64,000 nt of DNA, taken from Rotaria socialis (lineage: Eukaryota). Position 1 is the first letter of the stretch. Each line of letters begins with the position of its first letter. The position numbers and the translations under genes are program-made. The notes under the pieces were generated by a model. That model saw only the letters and a program-made list of their open reading frames with translations, did not search any database and was not told where the DNA came from. The stretch spans positions 124,001 to 188,000 of the forward strand of contig CAJNYD010000047.1 of the NCBI GenBank assembly GCA_905331295.1, read 5' to 3'. Positions 41,701 to 55,500 of the stretch are shown piece after piece.

Positions 41701-44700
41701 TCCGTTTTGTTTTATTACAGATCAAGGTCAACCAAGTGGACGGCAACTTAAAGATGAAAATTATCAACTCAAGGATCATGTTCTTCGTTTAAACGCTTGT
41801 CTAAGCGAATATCAAGCAATGTATCCATCTGACGCATTAAAAAATGATATGCGTGTAAGTAGAATACAGAGTTTCGTTCTCGTTTGTAAAATAATCTCTC
41901 ACACGAATAGATATTCGTGTTTCTTTTAAATGTTGAGAGCATGTCGAAAGTTCACAGGATTCGAGAAATAGAGAAGTCTACTAAGTAACAAGATGCTTTT
42001 AAAGTCAATATTATAAAAATCATGTAAATGCTAACATAGTATGTTCACCTTAATTAATTTTTTATTCGAAGCCTAATTATTTTGCCTACGATATTTACTG
42101 AGAGTTGTTTGATTTATTGATCTTATGAACATGATAAGATCATATATTAACAACGTAGCACACAATAAGCTAGATTAGAAAAAAAAATATCATTTATTAA
42201 ATTCAAAAAATGTCACATTTATTTGTATAGAGGGCGGACGTTGTGTAAACATGAATCTTGATGACTTTAGCATTCACTGGCCGGGTTTCATGTCATCGTT
42301 TCTTTTACACGGGCTTCTTGTTATTGCATTAATGATTAAAATGCCGCTTTTTTTTATACATATGTCTTTTCTTCAATGAATAATGGACTAATTACTTCGA
42401 GAAAAGATCTAGAATCAGTCAACTTTCATCAGTTCCGACATACATTATGTTGATTTTCATAGTAAGAATGCGTCGGATTCAACTATTAAGATTCAGCATC
42501 GAATGTAGTCATTTTCAATGACTTGCATAAACAATAAATGTACATACACCAACATAAATGAACCAAACGTTGCTCAGAAATATTCGATTTCAAATCTTTA
42601 CGTGCTTCAATGATTGTTCAAACTAACAATTAGTTCGAATTCAAGTTTGACAACTATTTATTGAGGATGCAAGACGATAATATTTTTAATCATATATGAT
42701 TATAGACGAGTTAATCGTGATTAATGAATATTTTTACTACGCCCTTTATAGGAAGTAAGAATGATTGAGACAACGTTTAGTAGCTGTATTGCTTCTTCAA
42801 ATGTAGTGACTGTGTGCTTTGACTTTTATCATGAGTGTGTCATGCAATTTGTTCGTAATGGCATGCCTGTAATTAAACTGTCTAATAGATTAAAGTACTA
42901 AGTATGGCTAACTTTCATAGGAACACTAGCGACACGTGTCGTGATTATTATTCCTATCGGATTATATGACAAAGTATAAGTTTTCACTGAAAAACTGTAA
43001 CTTCAATTGAACGAAACTGAAAACTTGGTTAGTAGAACATAATCGGCAGTATTTTGAGAAACGTCTCGGTGGACTTATTCAAGGCTTCAAAATAGTGTGT
43101 ATCGTGTTTCAATTATCTATTCAATTTATAGAAACAACAATCAAAACTTAAAAGTCTACCATCGAAAGGACCATCGCCAATTTGGCTTGTATGTTTACCA
43201 TCATAGTTTCTTGTTAATTAGAATAAAAAATGTACTTGCTTGTTCTAGTTGAACCAAAAATTTCTCGCTCCATTATTCGTTTGTTACGATGAAAAACTAC
43301 ACGAGAGAGAAGAATTTATTCGAAAACTTCAAGTAAAATAATAAATAAACTCTGAATAAAATAATCTTACCTGATATTACCCGAATAGGCTCAACTTGGT
43401 GAATTATATGATCAAGTTAAAGCAATAACCAACGAAAATATATCATTGCATGAACGTATTGTTCGTACATCATCATCATCGTCATCGCCAGTAATTCAAA
43501 AGTCTGCAAATATAAATGATTTGTACGAGTCCTCTCTTTCGTTTTTGCTATTTCGTTATTTTTTTCTTCTTATTTAGCGAAAATATCAAACGACAAGCTT
43601 ATCTTGTTTTAGAAGAAAATAAAGTTCTTCAAGAGCAACTTAATTTACAAACAAATAAATTAACTGATGTACATAAAGTGCAAATACAAGAAGGTAAACA
43701 GTTTTGATTTTCATAAAAATTTTTAGAAGTACTTTCTTTGTACTAGTATCGGATTTAACTCGACGCTTAATGGTTATTGAAAGTGAAAAAACCGAAGCCG
43801 ATCGATTAGTTCAAACTATGCGAATAAGAAATGAAGAACTAAGAAAAAAATATGAACAATCCATTATTGATAACGATCATCAAATACATGTCGAAGATCA
43901 TGTTAGAGAAATTACTGAAATGAAACGAATAGCAGGTTTGATTTATTTTAACTTGATTATTAGTTTGTCGTAAATAGATATTTGTAGATGAATTAATAAA
44001 AAGGCATGCGGGTGAAATGGAACTTCTTCTTCGTCGAGTACAGGTATATGAATCAAGCGTGACTCCCATAGACAGATAAAAACGACTTATAAGTCTTATC
44101 AAATTCAGTCCATTTTTTTTCTGTCCAAGTAATTTGAATAATTAATCAATTATTCGATAGAACTCAATGTAATTGAGTTGCCATAAGATGTCCTAAGTAT
44201 ATCGATATTTATCAAGAACATTATTAGAACTTCATATGAACGTAGAAAAGCATATATAAGAAAAAAAATCAATAATAGGCCCTTTTACTTCCAAAACATA
44301 GACATATCGGATTTTTGTGACATTCATCATCAAATATTTTAATCTAAATTTAGATCTCGATCACTAAATCGTTAATCCGTATTTCTCAACCACGATTTAG
44401 TACATCCACTTTCACATGCATCACGGCTTTAGTAGTTCATCTGAATTTATATTTCTATAAACATATTTATCGTGAAATAGTCATTTTCTATTTTCATATT
44501 ACGATGGTGAAATAGGAGATTATTTTCATTGTAGAATTATCGAAAACAAAATCTGTAAATTCAGATTCATTGATTTATGCTAAAATCTCATTTTTCTTCT
44601 GATGTCACATCTTGTATACGAATTTATTGTATAGACCTCAATTTGTTTTAACCAGATTCTTTATTTTGTTTGAAAATGCATGCTAGGTTGCGTGACATAC

Positions 44701-45826
44701 AAAAATTGTTGCGTGGTATTCTTAGTTTTTATGGGTAGCAGGGAAAAGATAAGCTCATCACCTGGAAAATTTGTCGTTCTAATTATAACAATAAAATTTA
44801 TAAAGGTTAATTCTCAAAGAAAATCTATCATGCTCTATGACTTCACATACTCGCTAAAATAAAAGCAGAAGCATATCTATAGAAAATAAATTCCTACGAA
44901 AAACTGTCTGCAGCACGACTGAAACATTAACAACAGGAAAAAGGCGAATAAGATTTGTTATTTTTTCTATAAGTTCAAACGGTAGCAACTGAATAGTCTG
45001 TTTAAATTTTGAGTTCTAAAATTTATTCTATTTTAACAAAAAAAAATAGGAATCTGAAGCTGCTAAGCGAATAGCACAAATACAATTAAACGAAACTCGC
45101 AATAGTATAGAACGCGTGAAAGGTGAAATAACGGCAACGAAAAAAATCAATCGAAAATTACTACTTCGTGTACAAACATATGAAAAAAAACTTGAATTAC
45201 AACAAATCAAAGAACAACGAACAACAGCCATGCTGGATAAATCGATGGAAGAAATTGAAAGATATAAATTAGAACAAGAAAATCATCTCACATTAGTAAA
45301 GAAATCATGTTTTGTTTTCGTTTGATTGAAATCTTTTCAACGTACATTTTTATGATGTTTAAAGGCTAAAACTAAAGAACAAGAAGTCAATCAAACAAAT
45401 TTACGAATGCACGAAGAAACTAAGAAAATTTCAGAGCTTGAAAATCGTCTTGAAATTTATAAAATTAAAAATAAAGAACGTATGAATGAAGTACAAGACC
45501 AGTAAGTTTATTGCAAAGATTTTATGGTAATTCTAATTATTTGATATTTTGAAACAGAATGAAAAGTCAAAATGAAAACTTGAAAGTACGTTGTTCCGAA
45601 CATGAACAACGCATTCAACAGTTGATGAGTTTATTAAACGAAAAACAAGTGACTATCGATGATTTAAATGCAGAAAGACGGTATGGAGATTAAAAGATAA
45701 TTCAGATGGAACTAATTAATCTTTTTTAGCAATCTTGAAGTAGACATTGAAACTATCTGGCGCACGACTAATGCTGATAATAAACGCATGCGAGAGCAAT
45801 TGCTCGACATGCATGCGCTGAGTTAG
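38752..45826 (+). CDS. CEP89: Centrosomal protein of 89 kDa (CEP89/CCDC123)-like coiled-coil protein, multi-exon
   Basis: Exon 1 38752-38784 (MPAKRGKKAKP) splices in frame to 39753 (QLYSHIGSAIIPLAS). Family-like motifs PIWLLNQKFLAPLFVCYDE and QAYLVLEENKVLQEQL; long coiled coils; stop TAG at 45824-45826. Confidence 0.8.
41157..41349. mobile_element. Short interspersed repeat/MITE, copy 2 (same family as 26732-27043), in a CEP89 intron
   Basis: Shares GGGTA(G/A)AAATTTG start, the TGGTAGAA...AAAAG...CACAG..CGTG.TAGACG block and the TCGTGTTTCACATTTT.ATCCCA.AG end. Confidence 0.65.
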
Positions 45827-46145
45827 CTCTATATTTGCAATCTACTTCCAATACAATGAAAACCGTTAACGATGATTATGGTGACCTATTTATTTTAGTT
45901 TATTTTTAACTTATAATGATAGTACTGATCTTTTCCATTTCTTTCCTATGATTCAGAGGGTAGTAAAACAAATATATATGTATGTATATATATATTTATT
46001 GGATCTATTCATATTTTCTTCGATGATAAATTTATTTTATTTTTTTTAATTTTAAATAAGGTTCGCTTTTATTTGTGTTTCTTTTCATAAAATACTTTTA
46101 AGAAAAAGACAATGAATATAGGGTCAATGTTTGTTAATTTAAAAA

Positions 46146-46560
46146 TTATTTTCTTTCCATTCCATATCCGGTAAGACAATCATAAAATGGTGATAATTTG
46201 CCAAGACGTACTTGAGATTTCAAGAACCAAAGTGGTTTATTTTCGCATGGATCACCCTTACTAAAACTTTGCTGGCGCATAGGAACACCTTTAGCGGATT
46301 CGCTATTATGTCCAGCTTCGCCTTCCGCTTCCCATGCATCATAATAACGTTTGTTGACACGGCCACCGTATACTGATGAGCAATCAACCGCAACTGTTCA
46401 AATTAAAAAATGGCAAGTATTCAAAACAAGAAAGCTACCAACTGGGAAATCAGATATATAAATTAATTCGATGATCAACAAAAATATAAATTTACTCAGA
46501 AGCAAAACACTTACGAATGACGAGAAACAGGACCAGTATTACCGAAAGCACCGGTTTCAT
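46146..46560 (-). CDS. Small secreted protein / putative neuropeptide or peptide-hormone precursor (97 aa)
   Basis: Exons 46560-46515 and 46393-46146 (GTAAGT donor, CAG acceptor; 294 nt): MKPVLSVILVLFLVILAVDCSSVYGGRVNKRYYDAWEAEGEAGHNSESAKGVPMRQQSFSKGDPCENKPLWFLKSQVRLGKLSPFYDCLTGYGMERK*. Absent from the ORF track. Confidence 0.8.
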
Positions 46561-47270
46561 GTTTGTTATGATAAAACAGAAGTTATTAATCTTGAATTAT
46601 TAAGAAGAAAAAATAATAAACTACAGATTTATCATATATGATTTTATAGTTTTAATATCAATTCATTCGTAATACGATATGTTATAAACATTTATGATTT
46701 AATCTATTCAATGAAGATTTTAAGTAACTATTTTTCTTAAGTAGTCGAATACTCTTCATTGAAATCTTAAATAATAATTACGCATTTGAAGAGAAAGGGC
46801 AAACAATCTTTTCTATGAAGTACTCACATTTACTACCTTGAAACAAGGATGGCAATCAAAAACGGAAAAAAAGTTCTCTTCTTATAGTACTTGCTAAATT
46901 CATCGTGTTGAACGGCATTATATTTTTGTGGGAAACGATAGAGAAAGAGAAAGAGACTACAGACAAAAATAAATGAGAAGAAAATATCTTGCATCTCTAG
47001 TCATCTAGAAAAATCGAATCATCACTATATAGACTTGATAGAAGCAATCTATCTTTTCTGTTTTTATGTACTTCATTTTGAATACCCTGTCTTACTTGCT
47101 TCATCTGATAAAGAATCTAAATTACATGCAAATCGGAAATATTTCTTCTTGCTCTTCTTCTTCTTCTTCTTCTTTCTGCTTCCTATAGCTATTTTTGTTA
47201 GAATTTTTAAGTCAATATTACTATTGTTTCGCATCTGACGGAATCGACGTGATCCTTTATATCTTATAAG

Positions 47271-47275
<5 letters not shown>

Positions 47276-47302
<27 letters not shown>
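47276..47302. repeat. (CT)n microsatellite; a (GA)n tract lies at ~47468-47484 and (TTC)n at ~47155-47172
   Basis: Read directly; upstream of the 97-aa secreted gene. Confidence 0.85.
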
Positions 47303-47305
<3 letters not shown>

Positions 47306-49181
47306 TCTTGATTTACTGCGGAGATGAATGTTATTGTCTCAGTTTTTTTCATTGACTCTATCGGTTGTTGTTTATTTGTTTTTGAACATTATATTTGACA
47401 TAAAATCGAGTTTTTATTTCTGTTATGTGTATGAATAAACAGCCAATCTTTAATGCAAAGAGGGAAAGAGAGAGAGAGAGAGAGGATGAACCATAAAATC
47501 GGCGTCTCGAAGAGACAAGCTGAATGACGTCGTTTTTCTATTCGAAGTAAAAGAAAATAATGACAGAAAAGTAAACTTACGCTTATCTATTTAGTTAATT
47601 TTCATTAAAAATGCGAAAAATAGTAGAGAGAATATGTAAATCAATTCGCTTATTTCCATTGGACCAATGTTTCGACAAAAAACAACGAGTAGTCATCACA
47701 ATCTTCCTTTTGGCTAAGAGGAAAAACACGATTCTCATCATACAAAAAAACATCGTATGCATACTATCAATAAATTGTTAGTCGACGATCGGGAAAAGAA
47801 GAAAAGACAACAGCTTGTTGCATTAACTATTAATAGTTGAATTAAAATATAAATGGGCATAGATTCGAATAGATAAAAACCTGAGACAGATTAGAAGATA
47901 ATCGAAGACAGAAATGTAGGTATGAAATATCAAGTATTGATTATTGCCGTTGTGCTTATGCCATAAAAGAAATGCTAACATGAAGCTAATACTAGTATGT
48001 AAATGACGGTGCTACAATAAAATAAAAGCAATCTTTGTTAAGTAATGCATCATTTTTTGGATAAAAGAATAACATAGCTGTTTTTTTTTGTGTGATGTAA
48101 CTAAATCATAAAGGTAAGACATCAATATATCTATCCAAAGAGAATCTTTTTATTTAATGCAATGCCGATTAGCAATGTTAATATTTCTTTTCAATCAAAA
48201 GAGATGAGTATCGAGATATAAAAGTAACAAGTCAAAAATAGTTTTGTATGGCTTGAAAGATTCCATTGGATTCTTTACGAAAATGTGTAAATGAACATGA
48301 CGGAATGTGTAATTCTATGTATTTTAGAAGCTAAAATAGACAACATTCAGATTCAGCATGGAGAACTAAAAATAATTCAATTACTAAAAGTTTCTTAATT
48401 AATGAATGCAAATTATTCTTGTAAAATTGCTTAATTAATAGAATTCGAAAAGTTTAGTCATCACAAAACAAAAGATAATGGATTAATAGTTTTTATTTTT
48501 TATTTATATTTAGTACATACATGTCTATTTTTAGAGAGAATTTCATGAGGTCATATAACAATAATTGAGAAGAAAAAAAATATCAATCTATTTTCTAGCT
48601 GATTGATAGTACCATAAGTGTATCAAATTTGTTTTTTTATTATTGAATATCAACAATCTGAACTGTTTTGCTTGAAAACCTTCTTTTTTTTTCTTTTGTT
48701 CAAAGTATCAATTGTGTATCGTGCAGTAAAAATGGATTGAATCACAATTGATGGTTATTATTCAATTAGTAGATTGATTTTGTAAACGTTTATGTTCTCC
48801 AGAGTATTCTATGTGAACTTATTTTTGTTTCTCTTCTTTTTCTAGAGATCGTTTATCTTGATTTATCATGGAACATTAAGTATTTATTTTCCTATGCGAT
48901 TTGTAGACATAATGAATATAACTATTATTTAAATTAAGATAAGATTGTATAATAAATCCTTGAGATTGAATATATATATATATATATGCTTATTAATTAA
49001 TTTCCGCAAGGCTACAAGAAGTACTCAGGGTATTTGCCTAATTTGATCAGTACTTTTTTCAATAGCTACAAGTAATTAAATGAACATCTAGAATGATTTC
49101 TACGAAGAAAACCAACAATTTAACCTCTCAATAAATGTTCAAATGAAAAAAAAGATGGCGTTGAATATCATTGAATATACG

Positions 49182-49979
49182 TATATGGGCAAAATCAGGC
49201 AAAACGCGACATACACCCCTTCATTCGATTTTTATTCTCCACACAGGCTTTCTTTTTGAATAATTTCTTTTATCACTGACTTACGTGAAACTCTTTACTC
49301 TTTCACATGACTATTAATTAATTAATTAAAAAGTAATTAGTGATTTTCGTGCAAACGGTATGAGAAAAAAGTCTGAAAATATCATGATAGACTCCAGAGT
49401 CGAAGCTGCGTCTATGATAAAAATTTTCAGCCAGATTGAATTCCAAAAAATTTCCTCCGCAAAAACTGGCTCCATAAATAAGCAATCAAGTGTAGAGCCA
49501 CATCTGGTTATGCTATTATAATCCCTGGACTCTGAGAAATGACTTGTACGATTATGAAGATATCTTTTCGGTAGTGTATTCGTACTTCATCACGTAGCCA
49601 ACGAAAAATTCATACGTTTGACAGAAAAATCTAAACATGCTGAAGAAAACATTGCATACGTATGTTGTAACCCGAGATGGTGTCTACCGGATATCGAATT
49701 TAGTTTTCTAAAATTATGTGGCAGTTTGGAGTTCTTTTTTTAAATTGAAGTCCGTAAAGTGAAAATTCGTGTCCTTTTTTGGTTCACGTCGCTAAAGACT
49801 GTTTTTTCCAGATAATTCCTATCAACAAAGCTCCTTAGTACTGATTTCTGCAGGATATCGAGAGTCACTTAAGATCCATATAATATATAAAAATCAAGTC
49901 TAGAAAAGCTGACTGTTTCGAGATATAGATATTTGAATTTTACGAAATCATGTCGCTAACAAATGATTTTGCCCATATA
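49182..49979. mobile_element. Non-autonomous TIR element (~800 bp) in TA context
   Basis: Perfect 16-bp inverted repeat TATATGGGCAAAATCA (49182-49197 / 49964-49979); no recognisable internal ORF. Confidence 0.65.
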
Positions 49980-50152
49980 TAAATTTGCTTCAAATAAAAG
50001 TAGCTGCTTGTCAAGCATTGATAGCGTGTTAGGAATAAAAAATGATCACGTGTTACAGTTAAACGTTTAATTACTTAATATGTTGAACAAAAATAGCTCA
50101 TGTTACAATCTCTGAGGTATTTAGAAGCCAAATTTCATGTAACTGCTCTTGC

Positions 50153-50756
50153 NNNNNNNNNNNNNNNNNNNNNNNNNNNNNNNNNNNNNNNNNNNNNNNN
50201 NNNNNNNNNNNNNNNNNNNNNNNNNNNNNNNNNNNNNNNNNNNNNNNNNNNNNNNNNNNNNNNNNNNNNNNNNNNNNNNNNNNNNNNNNNNNNNNNNNNN
50301 NNNNNNNNNNNNNNNNNNNNNNNNNNNNNNNNNNNNNNNNNNNNNNNNNNNNNNNNNNNNNNNNNNNNNNNNNNNNNNNNNNNNNNNNNNNNNNNNNNNN
50401 NNNNNNNNNNNNNNNNNNNNNNNNNNNNNNNNNNNNNNNNNNNNNNNNNNNNNNNNNNNNNNNNNNNNNNNNNNNNNNNNNNNNNNNNNNNNNNNNNNNN
50501 NNNNNNNNNNNNNNNNNNNNNNNNNNNNNNNNNNNNNNNNNNNNNNNNNNNNNNNNNNNNNNNNNNNNNNNNNNNNNNNNNNNNNNNNNNNNNNNNNNNN
50601 NNNNNNNNNNNNNNNNNNNNNNNNNNNNNNNNNNNNNNNNNNNNNNNNNNNNNNNNNNNNNNNNNNNNNNNNNNNNNNNNNNNNNNNNNNNNNNNNNNNN
50701 NNNNNNNNNNNNNNNNNNNNNNNNNNNNNNNNNNNNNNNNNNNNNNNNNNNNNNNN
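50153..50756. other. Assembly gap (N run)
   Basis: Run of N; ORFs spanning it are artefacts. Confidence 1.
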
Positions 50757-51492
50757 TGGTGCAGGTCGATTGCCTATGTTCACCACTACTCATATCAGTA
50801 ATAAAAATCTAGTTTCACTAATTAGAAATCATTATAATTACGATTTAATTTCTGATTAATCATCAAAATCTGTCGTTTTTATTATTATAGTCCATAGTTA
50901 CAACAGTATCGTATATTTTATTATTACAGACGTTAACAACAAGTGCATGCTACCGCTACAGAAGCTAACAACTGGTTCATGTTACTATTGCACTCGTTAC
51001 TTCTACCACCTACAATAAACAGATGAAGATTTTAATCTTTGGTTTTTCTCACACAAATACCTTATTCTAGAGCTTGAATCCACTTTAGTGTATTTACAAT
51101 TAGCAACTTTTCCATCCACTGAGAAGCTTTTATCAAATTTTCGTTTATGAAAAAATGTATCAATTTCTCACCTGATAATACGAAAAAATCTAAATTTTTC
51201 AACAATATTATTAGCTATATCCTAAATACTGTTTAAACTATTATCATTCACAATATTTCTCAATGAAACCACTAAACATTTCAGCATACTGACATATTCT
51301 AAACAAAAAGTTTTTTATACGTTCTCTCTAGTAATATTTCCTATTGATAGACTCAATAAACTTCAAATGTTAAAAAGGTTTTATTATCTTATTTTTGAAC
51401 AAAATATGATCTCACTATACTGAAAAAATAAAACTTCTATTTGATCAGTATCTAACTGACCGAAATATGTGAGTTCCACATTTTAGCCCCAA

Positions 51493-52130
51493 CGGGGCTG
51501 CGCTGAAAAGTTTTTTCGAAAAACTTTTAGGTACTTTGGATACCACACGAACTAACCATATTTCATTTATTTAATTAGTTAAATTACGTTCAATAGAATT
51601 GGTTAGCCAAAAATTACATAGTATCAAGCCTGGCGAATATGATGGATATGACATTATATTGATGCTTTCTTCTGTCATCTAATTAATAACATTGAATAAG
51701 TATGGAGTCAACGATGATCGTCAAACAATTTTGTACATTTTGACCCTGATATCTCGGCTTGTTTCCATATTTCATTAACAAAAAGCTTCGGAGAATTTTC
51801 AATATGATACTTGTGACCTACAGTCTTGCCTGTATCTACGCTGAGCACTATTTTATTTAAAGAATATACTAAACAAAGTTTTGGTTAAAATCTGTTTTCA
51901 TGAACAATAGTCTTTGACGATTCATTTTCAATAACCCAGCTAGCATCATATGACTTATCACTAACTTATCTAAAATAAATCCATATCTCATCACTAGTAG
52001 TGCTAGAACGCAACTGCCATGATCAAACAAAATTTCATAAAATTTTTAAAACAATGAAATATGATTAGCCCGTGTGGTAGTCAAGGTACCTAAAAGTTTT
52101 TTCGAAAAAGAGTTCAAAAAAAAAACTTTT
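51493..52130 (-). mobile_element. Decayed mariner (DD34D-type) element with transposase pseudogene fragments
   Basis: ~60-bp inverted arms (51506-51567 / 52053-52115). Minus-strand fragments TSDEIWIYFR*, YVDTGKTVGHKYHIEN, NEIWKQ and YPSYSPGLILCNFWL (cf. mariner TGDExW and HPPYSPDLAPxDFWL), with stops. Confidence 0.8.
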
Positions 52131-52532
52131 AACAAACTGTTAGAAAGGATTCAACTTGATATATATAATCATGGCAACTATCATCAACATTTAATAAAAT
52201 ATAACTCGAACTTTCTCTTTTTCTTTAATCTTTTTCTAAATTACAGAGCTTTTGGTCAGATCTAAGTAAAATAAACTTTTCAAACTGTCTCTATGTGATA
52301 GACTTTAAGCGAAACATGAAACAAAATAAATTTGAATGACACATCTTGCAATTACCGAATTGTCTTCAACTGCCATCTAGCGTGATTGATCGAAAACGAA
52401 TGAACACCATCTATTATGAAGTCCTGATTATTTAACTTGAGTATTGAACTAACAAATAGTAAAGATATATCAAACTTAGTCTATGGTTTAATAATTGGCT
52501 TTTAAGAAGTTTTACTACGTAGATATATCATA

Positions 52533-55500
52533 ATGAATTTACTACGTCAACAAGCTGTTCGTCAGGTATTATTGGAAATAGAGAATTTTACAGGCATAAA
52601 AATATATAAATCTTTGCAGATTAAAATATTACTCCGTTCAATACCTGAAATTCGTTGTATTAATGATGATCAAGCAAATTTTGATGAAAAACTCTATGCA
52701 TTAACACGTGTCGAATCAATCCGTCATAAAACATCAGCTATGTAAGACTTTCTGTGATGAAGAAAATACTTACAAGAACTATCAAATCTTCTCAATAGGC
52801 CTTTAGGTCGTTTTATAGTGTCATTACCACAATGCCAAGCTGCTTCATTAATTGATGGTGATCTTGAATTTAATAAGCATACAAATATTCGCTCGTTGGT
52901 AAATAGAAAAATCAAAACTATTGCAATAAAAATCTTATTGTATTTTACCAGCCAATCGAACAAACGAATCAAGAAGGAGTCTTAGATAAAGACGGTGGTT
53001 TAAGAGTACCAGTCAATCCTTCTACATTCATTAATGTAAATTATCATTATGAATGAAGATTTTTTCAATTATGATTATTGTAGACTGCTTTGAATGATTT
53101 AATTCCAGTGTTTCGTTCGTCTTTGTTTTACGATCAAAAACGATATCGATGGTATTTTGATGATTGGAGAAAAATGCCAAAATGGACTGAAATAAATGAT
53201 GAATCTTTAATGGAACGAAAAACGAAAAAACTTGTTGTTGAATTCAGGTAAGACTAAATAAGAATTCATAGGATAACTTGAAATTTGAAATAAAAATCCA
53301 ATTTAGTTCCCCTAATATTGCTAAACCTCTCCATGCAGGACATTTACGATCGACATTAGTGGGTCAATTTATTTCAACAATACATGAGCGTTTCGGTCAT
53401 TCGGTCTATCGTTTAAATTATCTCGGTGATTGGGGAACACAATATGGTATGAAAATACATCATGTTAAAAATAAATTTTTTCTATTGCTCAATTTAGGTC
53501 TTCTTGCTGTTGGGTTTTCAAAATTTGGATCGTATGACGAACTTAATAAACATCCACTTAAACATCTTCTTGATGTAAATATGACTGCAATAGATTCTCT
53601 TTACTACAGACTGTTCTTTTTCCAGGTCTATGTTCGTGCAAATAAAGATGAATCGTTACATGAGGATGCCATGAAATATTTTGCTAAAATGGAAACAGGT
53701 AAATGATACTGCTCTAGATTTGTAACTTGAAAAATTGAAGATAAGAATGCTCAATGTTTAAATTTGCATGCATATTTTTATTTGTGATATAACCCGAATA
53801 GTTTTATCTCTCACTACTGTTGATTATAGGTGACAAAGAAGCAATAGACTTATGGAAAAAATTTCGTGAATTATCAATAGATAATTTAAAACAAGTTTAC
53901 CAAGTAAATTAATTCTCATTATTCAGACACTTTCTATTTATTTATGCTCTATTTTTTGTTCAGCTATTTGGTATTCATTTTGATGAATATCAATCAGAAT
54001 CACAATTTAGTAAACAAGCCAAAGAAATCATTGATAAACTTGATCAACTTGGCTATTGTAAAAAACGTGACGATGGCGTTTTAGAAGCGACTATTCCTTC
54101 TAAATATAATTCATTGCCACGAGATGCTTGTGTTGTTGTTCAAAAATCGGATGGAACTACGCTATATATAACGAGGTTAGTTGAGAGAATTCTTGTTTTA
54201 TTTTTGTATGGTATAATTTTTTTAGAGATATTGCTGCATTAAAAACACGTTTAGAAACAATTCCCATTGAGAAAATATTGTACGTGGTAAGTTTTTGAGC
54301 AGAAGAAAATAAAAAACTAAATGTACTTTGCGTTTACTTTTATTTTGCAAAGGTAGATTCTAGTCAAACAGAACATTTTCGAAATTTATTAACAATATCA
54401 AAAGCAATGCAGATTGATCAAGTGAAAAATTGGTTTGAAATTTCATTAATATACTTGAAATGAATATGAATGGTTTGTGTATTTTTTTTAGGGATTTAGA
54501 TGATTTTTATGTTCCATTCGGTCGTATGATTAATTTTCAAACACGAAAAGGAAAATTCGATTTATTATCTGATGTATTAGATGATGCAAACGAACGAGCA
54601 CAAGAAGGACTTGATCGATTTTTGAGTAAGTTAAAATTACTTTACGACACTGATGAAATAATAGAATTCTTATTGTGTTCAACATAGTGTAGTTTTTCTT
54701 AAACTTTCGAAGTATAGAATAATTTTGAAAAATTTAATTTTAGTTCGTAGAGATGGAATCGATCATGCTAAAGTATCTGCGGTAATTGGAAAAGCTTATT
54801 TAATTTTAAACGATTTCTCACGTGCGCGACGTGCTGATTATATGTTTTCTTGGCATGAAATATCATCGAAAGATGGTGTTGCTTTTCTACTTCTCTATTG
54901 TCATGCTCGACTGTGCAGGTAAAATATTTGTTTTGAAAAATTTTAAATACAAAAGGACGTTTGTTTTTCTAGTCTAGAAAAACAAGTTAAAATGCCTATC
55001 GATTGGTCAGCCAATGTTAATCTATTAACAGATCGGCAAGAACATATTCTTATACAGCAATTGAGCACGTAAGTAAATATACATATTCGAGACTAATTTT
55101 TATGAAAAAGAAAATGTTCATGAATAAGATTATCGATAGAATTTATGACTATTGACAGATTTAGTAGTTCAATATTTTCCTTGTAAGTTATACGTTCTAC
55201 CTAAGTACTAGAATAGACGAATGTCGCAGTTGAATAAGGGTGTCACTGGGTGTGTGATAGAAGACAAATAGAGATTAATGATTTACCTAAAAATCATACA
55301 TTATATATAATAAGTTTCATTGATTACTGGTAAATATTGTAGAGTTCAAGTACTGAATTAGTAAAAACAGTTTGCATTGATACTTGTAATGATTTGACAT
55401 TTTCTACGAAACCATAGGCAATAACGATTATGTCGAAGATTAATATATTGATTTGATAGCTACTTAAGATTACATATTTATTATGTATTTTGACAAAACC

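Noticed and set aside
50098..50859. Four long ORFs in the ORF track
   Set aside because: They consist almost entirely of X from the N gap.
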